Source: Nemertoderma westbladi
Lineage: Eukaryota; Animalia; Xenacoelomorpha
Direction of reading: 5' to 3'
NCBI GenBank assembly: GCA_032718475.1
Contig: JAUCBJ010008128.1
Location: 1 to 64,000 of the forward strand
DNA: 64,000 bases
Below the pieces are notes generated by a model that searched no databases, had not been told where the DNA came from, and saw only the letters and a program-made list of their open reading frames with translations. The position numbers and the translations under genes are program-made. Position 1 is the stretch's first letter; each line of letters begins with the position of its first letter. This document shows, in pieces, positions 61,701 through 64,000 of the stretch.

Positions 61701-64000
61701 ATCAAACTGTTTGAACTCGGAACGGATGGTTTACTTGTAATTATTTTTTATATTTCAATCAAACTGTTTGAACTCGGAACGGATGGTTTACTTGTAATTA
61801 TTTTTTATATTTCAATCAAACTGTTTGAACTCGGAACGGATGGTTTACTTGTAATTATTTTTTATATTTCAATCAAACTGTTTGAACTCGGAACGGATGG
61901 TTTACTTGTAATTATTTTTTATATTTCAATCAAACTGTTTGAACTCGGAACGGATGGTTTACTTGTAATTATTTTTTATATTTCAATCAAACTGTTTGAA
62001 CTCGGAACGGATGGTTTACTTGTAATTATTTTTTTTATTTCAATCAAACTTTTTGAACTCGGAACGGATGGTTTACTTGTAATTATTTTTTATATTTCAA
62101 TCAAACTGTTTGAACTCGGAACGGATGGTTTACTTGTAATTATTTTTTATATTTCAATCAAACTGTCAAACTGTTTGAACTCGGAACGGATGGTTTACTT
62201 GTAATTATTTTTTATATTTCAATCAAACTGTCAAACTGTTTGAACTCGGAACGGATGGTTTACTTGTAATTATTTTTTATATTTCAATCAAACTGTTTGA
62301 ACTCGGAACGGATGGTTTACTTGTAATTATTTTTTATATTTCAATCAAACTGTTTGAACTCGGAACGGATGGTTTACTTGTAATTATTTTTTATATTTCA
62401 ATCAAACTGTTTGAACTCGGAACGGATGGTTTACTTGTAATTATTTTTTTTATTTCAATCAAACTGTTTGAACTCGGAACGGATGGTTTACTTGTAATTA
62501 TTTTTTATATTTCAATCAAACTGTTTGAACTCGGAACGGATGGTTTACTTGTAATTATTTTTTATATTTCAATCAAACTGTCAAACTGTTTGAACTCGGA
62601 ACGGATGGTTTACTTGTAATTATTTCTTATATTTCAATCAAACTGTTTGAACTCGGAACGGATGGTTTACTTGTAATTATTTTTTATATTTCAATCAATC
62701 TGTTTGAACTCGGAACGGATGGTTTACTTGTAATTATTTTTTATATTTCAATCAAACTGTCAAACTGTTTGAACTCGGAACGGATGGTTTACTTGTAATT
62801 ATTTTTTTTATTTCAATCAAACTGTTTGAACTCGGAACGGATGGTTTACTTGTAATTATTTTTTATATTTCAATCAAACTGTTTGAACTCGGAACGGATG
62901 GTTTACTTGTAATTATTTTTTATATTTCAATCAAACTGTCAAACTGTTTGAACTCGGAACGGATGGTTTACTTGTAATTATTTTTTATATTTCAATCAAA
63001 CTGTTTGAACTCGGAACGGATGGTTTACTTGTAATTATTTTTTATATTTCAATCAAACTGTTTGAACTCGGAACGGATGGTTTACTTGTAATTATTTTTT
63101 ATACTTCAATCAAACTGTTTGAACTCGGAACGGATGGTTTACTTGTAATTATTTTTTATATTTCAATCAAACTGTTTGAACTCGGAACGGATGGTTTACT
63201 TGTAATTATTTTTTATATTTCAATCAAACTGTTTGAACTCGGAACGGATGGTTTACTTGTAATTATTTTTTATATTTCAATCAAACTGTTTGAACTCGTA
63301 ACGGATGGTTTACTTGTAATTATTTTTTATATTTCAATCAAACTGTTTGAACTCGGAACGGATGGTTTACTTGTAATTATTTTTTATATTTCAATCAATC
63401 TGTTTGAACTCGGAACGGATGGTTTACTTGTAATTATTTTTTATATTTCAATCAAACTGTCAAACTGTTTGAACTCGGAACGGATGGTTTACTTGTAATT
63501 ATTTTTTTTATTTCAATCAAACTGTTTGAACTCGGAACGGATGGTTTACTTGTAATTATTTTTTATATTTCAATCAAACTGTTTGAACTCGGAACGGATG
63601 GTTTACTTGTAATTATTTTTTATATTTCAATCAAACTGTCAAACTGTTTGAACTCGGAACGGATGGTTTACTTGTAATTATTTTTTATATTTCAATCAAA
63701 CTGTTTGAACTCGGAACGGATGGTTTACTTGTAATTATTTTTTATATTTCAATCAAACTGTTTGAACTCGGAACGGATGGTTTACTTGTAATTATTTTTT
63801 ATATTTCAATCAAACTGTTTGAACTCGGAACGGATGGTTTACTTGTAATTATTTTTTATATTTCAATCAAACTGTTTGAACTCGGAACGGATGGTTTACT
63901 TGTAATTATTTTTTATATTTCAATCAATCTGTTTGAACTCGGAACGGATGGTTTACTTGTAATTATTTTTTATATTTCAATCAAACTGTTTGAACTCGGA
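52696..64000 (+). repeat. 57-bp satellite array (65-bp variant with TCAAACTG duplicated), roughly 190 copies, running off the window
   Basis: GGAACGGATGGTTTACTTGTAATTATTTTTTATATTTCAATCAAACTGTTTGAACTC in near-perfect tandem. Confidence 0.98.

Noticed and set aside
52696-64000. CRISPR-like look of the array (ATTTCAATC...GTTTGAAC dyad next to a recombinase)
   Set aside because: No unique spacers, whole monomers are near-identical, no cas genes, eukaryotic context.

Overview
Eukaryotic (invertebrate-like) repeat-dense DNA with no conventional host gene. Bases 2.2-27 kb are a four-layer nest resolved by target-site duplications. A CRE-type non-LTR element is split by BEL/Pao-like LTR element A (2469-25875, TSD GCATC). 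The gag of A is split by BEL/Pao-like element B1 (5410-18588, minus strand, TSD GGGGG), whose leader carries an RTE LINE (TSD GTCTACAAACC). Next come a second RTE copy, a LINE RT fragment, a Penelope-like element with a ~3.3 kb codon-phased minisatellite inside its RT, a TIR/microsatellite element, a second Penelope-like element and a truncated, diverged B copy (B2) holding an L2/Crack-like LINE. The right end has an apparently spliced C2H2-tyrosine recombinase-Myb-like gene whose stop codon lies in the first monomer of a >11 kb 57-bp satellite. Three main observations: (1) all three BEL/Pao-like elements lack a tRNA PBS and instead have a 9-13 nt sequence flush with the 5' LTR that is complementary to a site inside the LTR, with compensatory changes between B1 and B2, suggesting Tf1-like self-priming; (2) A and B1 are Gag-protease elements with pol reduced to in-frame vestiges; (3) the recombinase gene is coupled to the satellite. 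All family assignments are motif recognition by eye; no searches were run.
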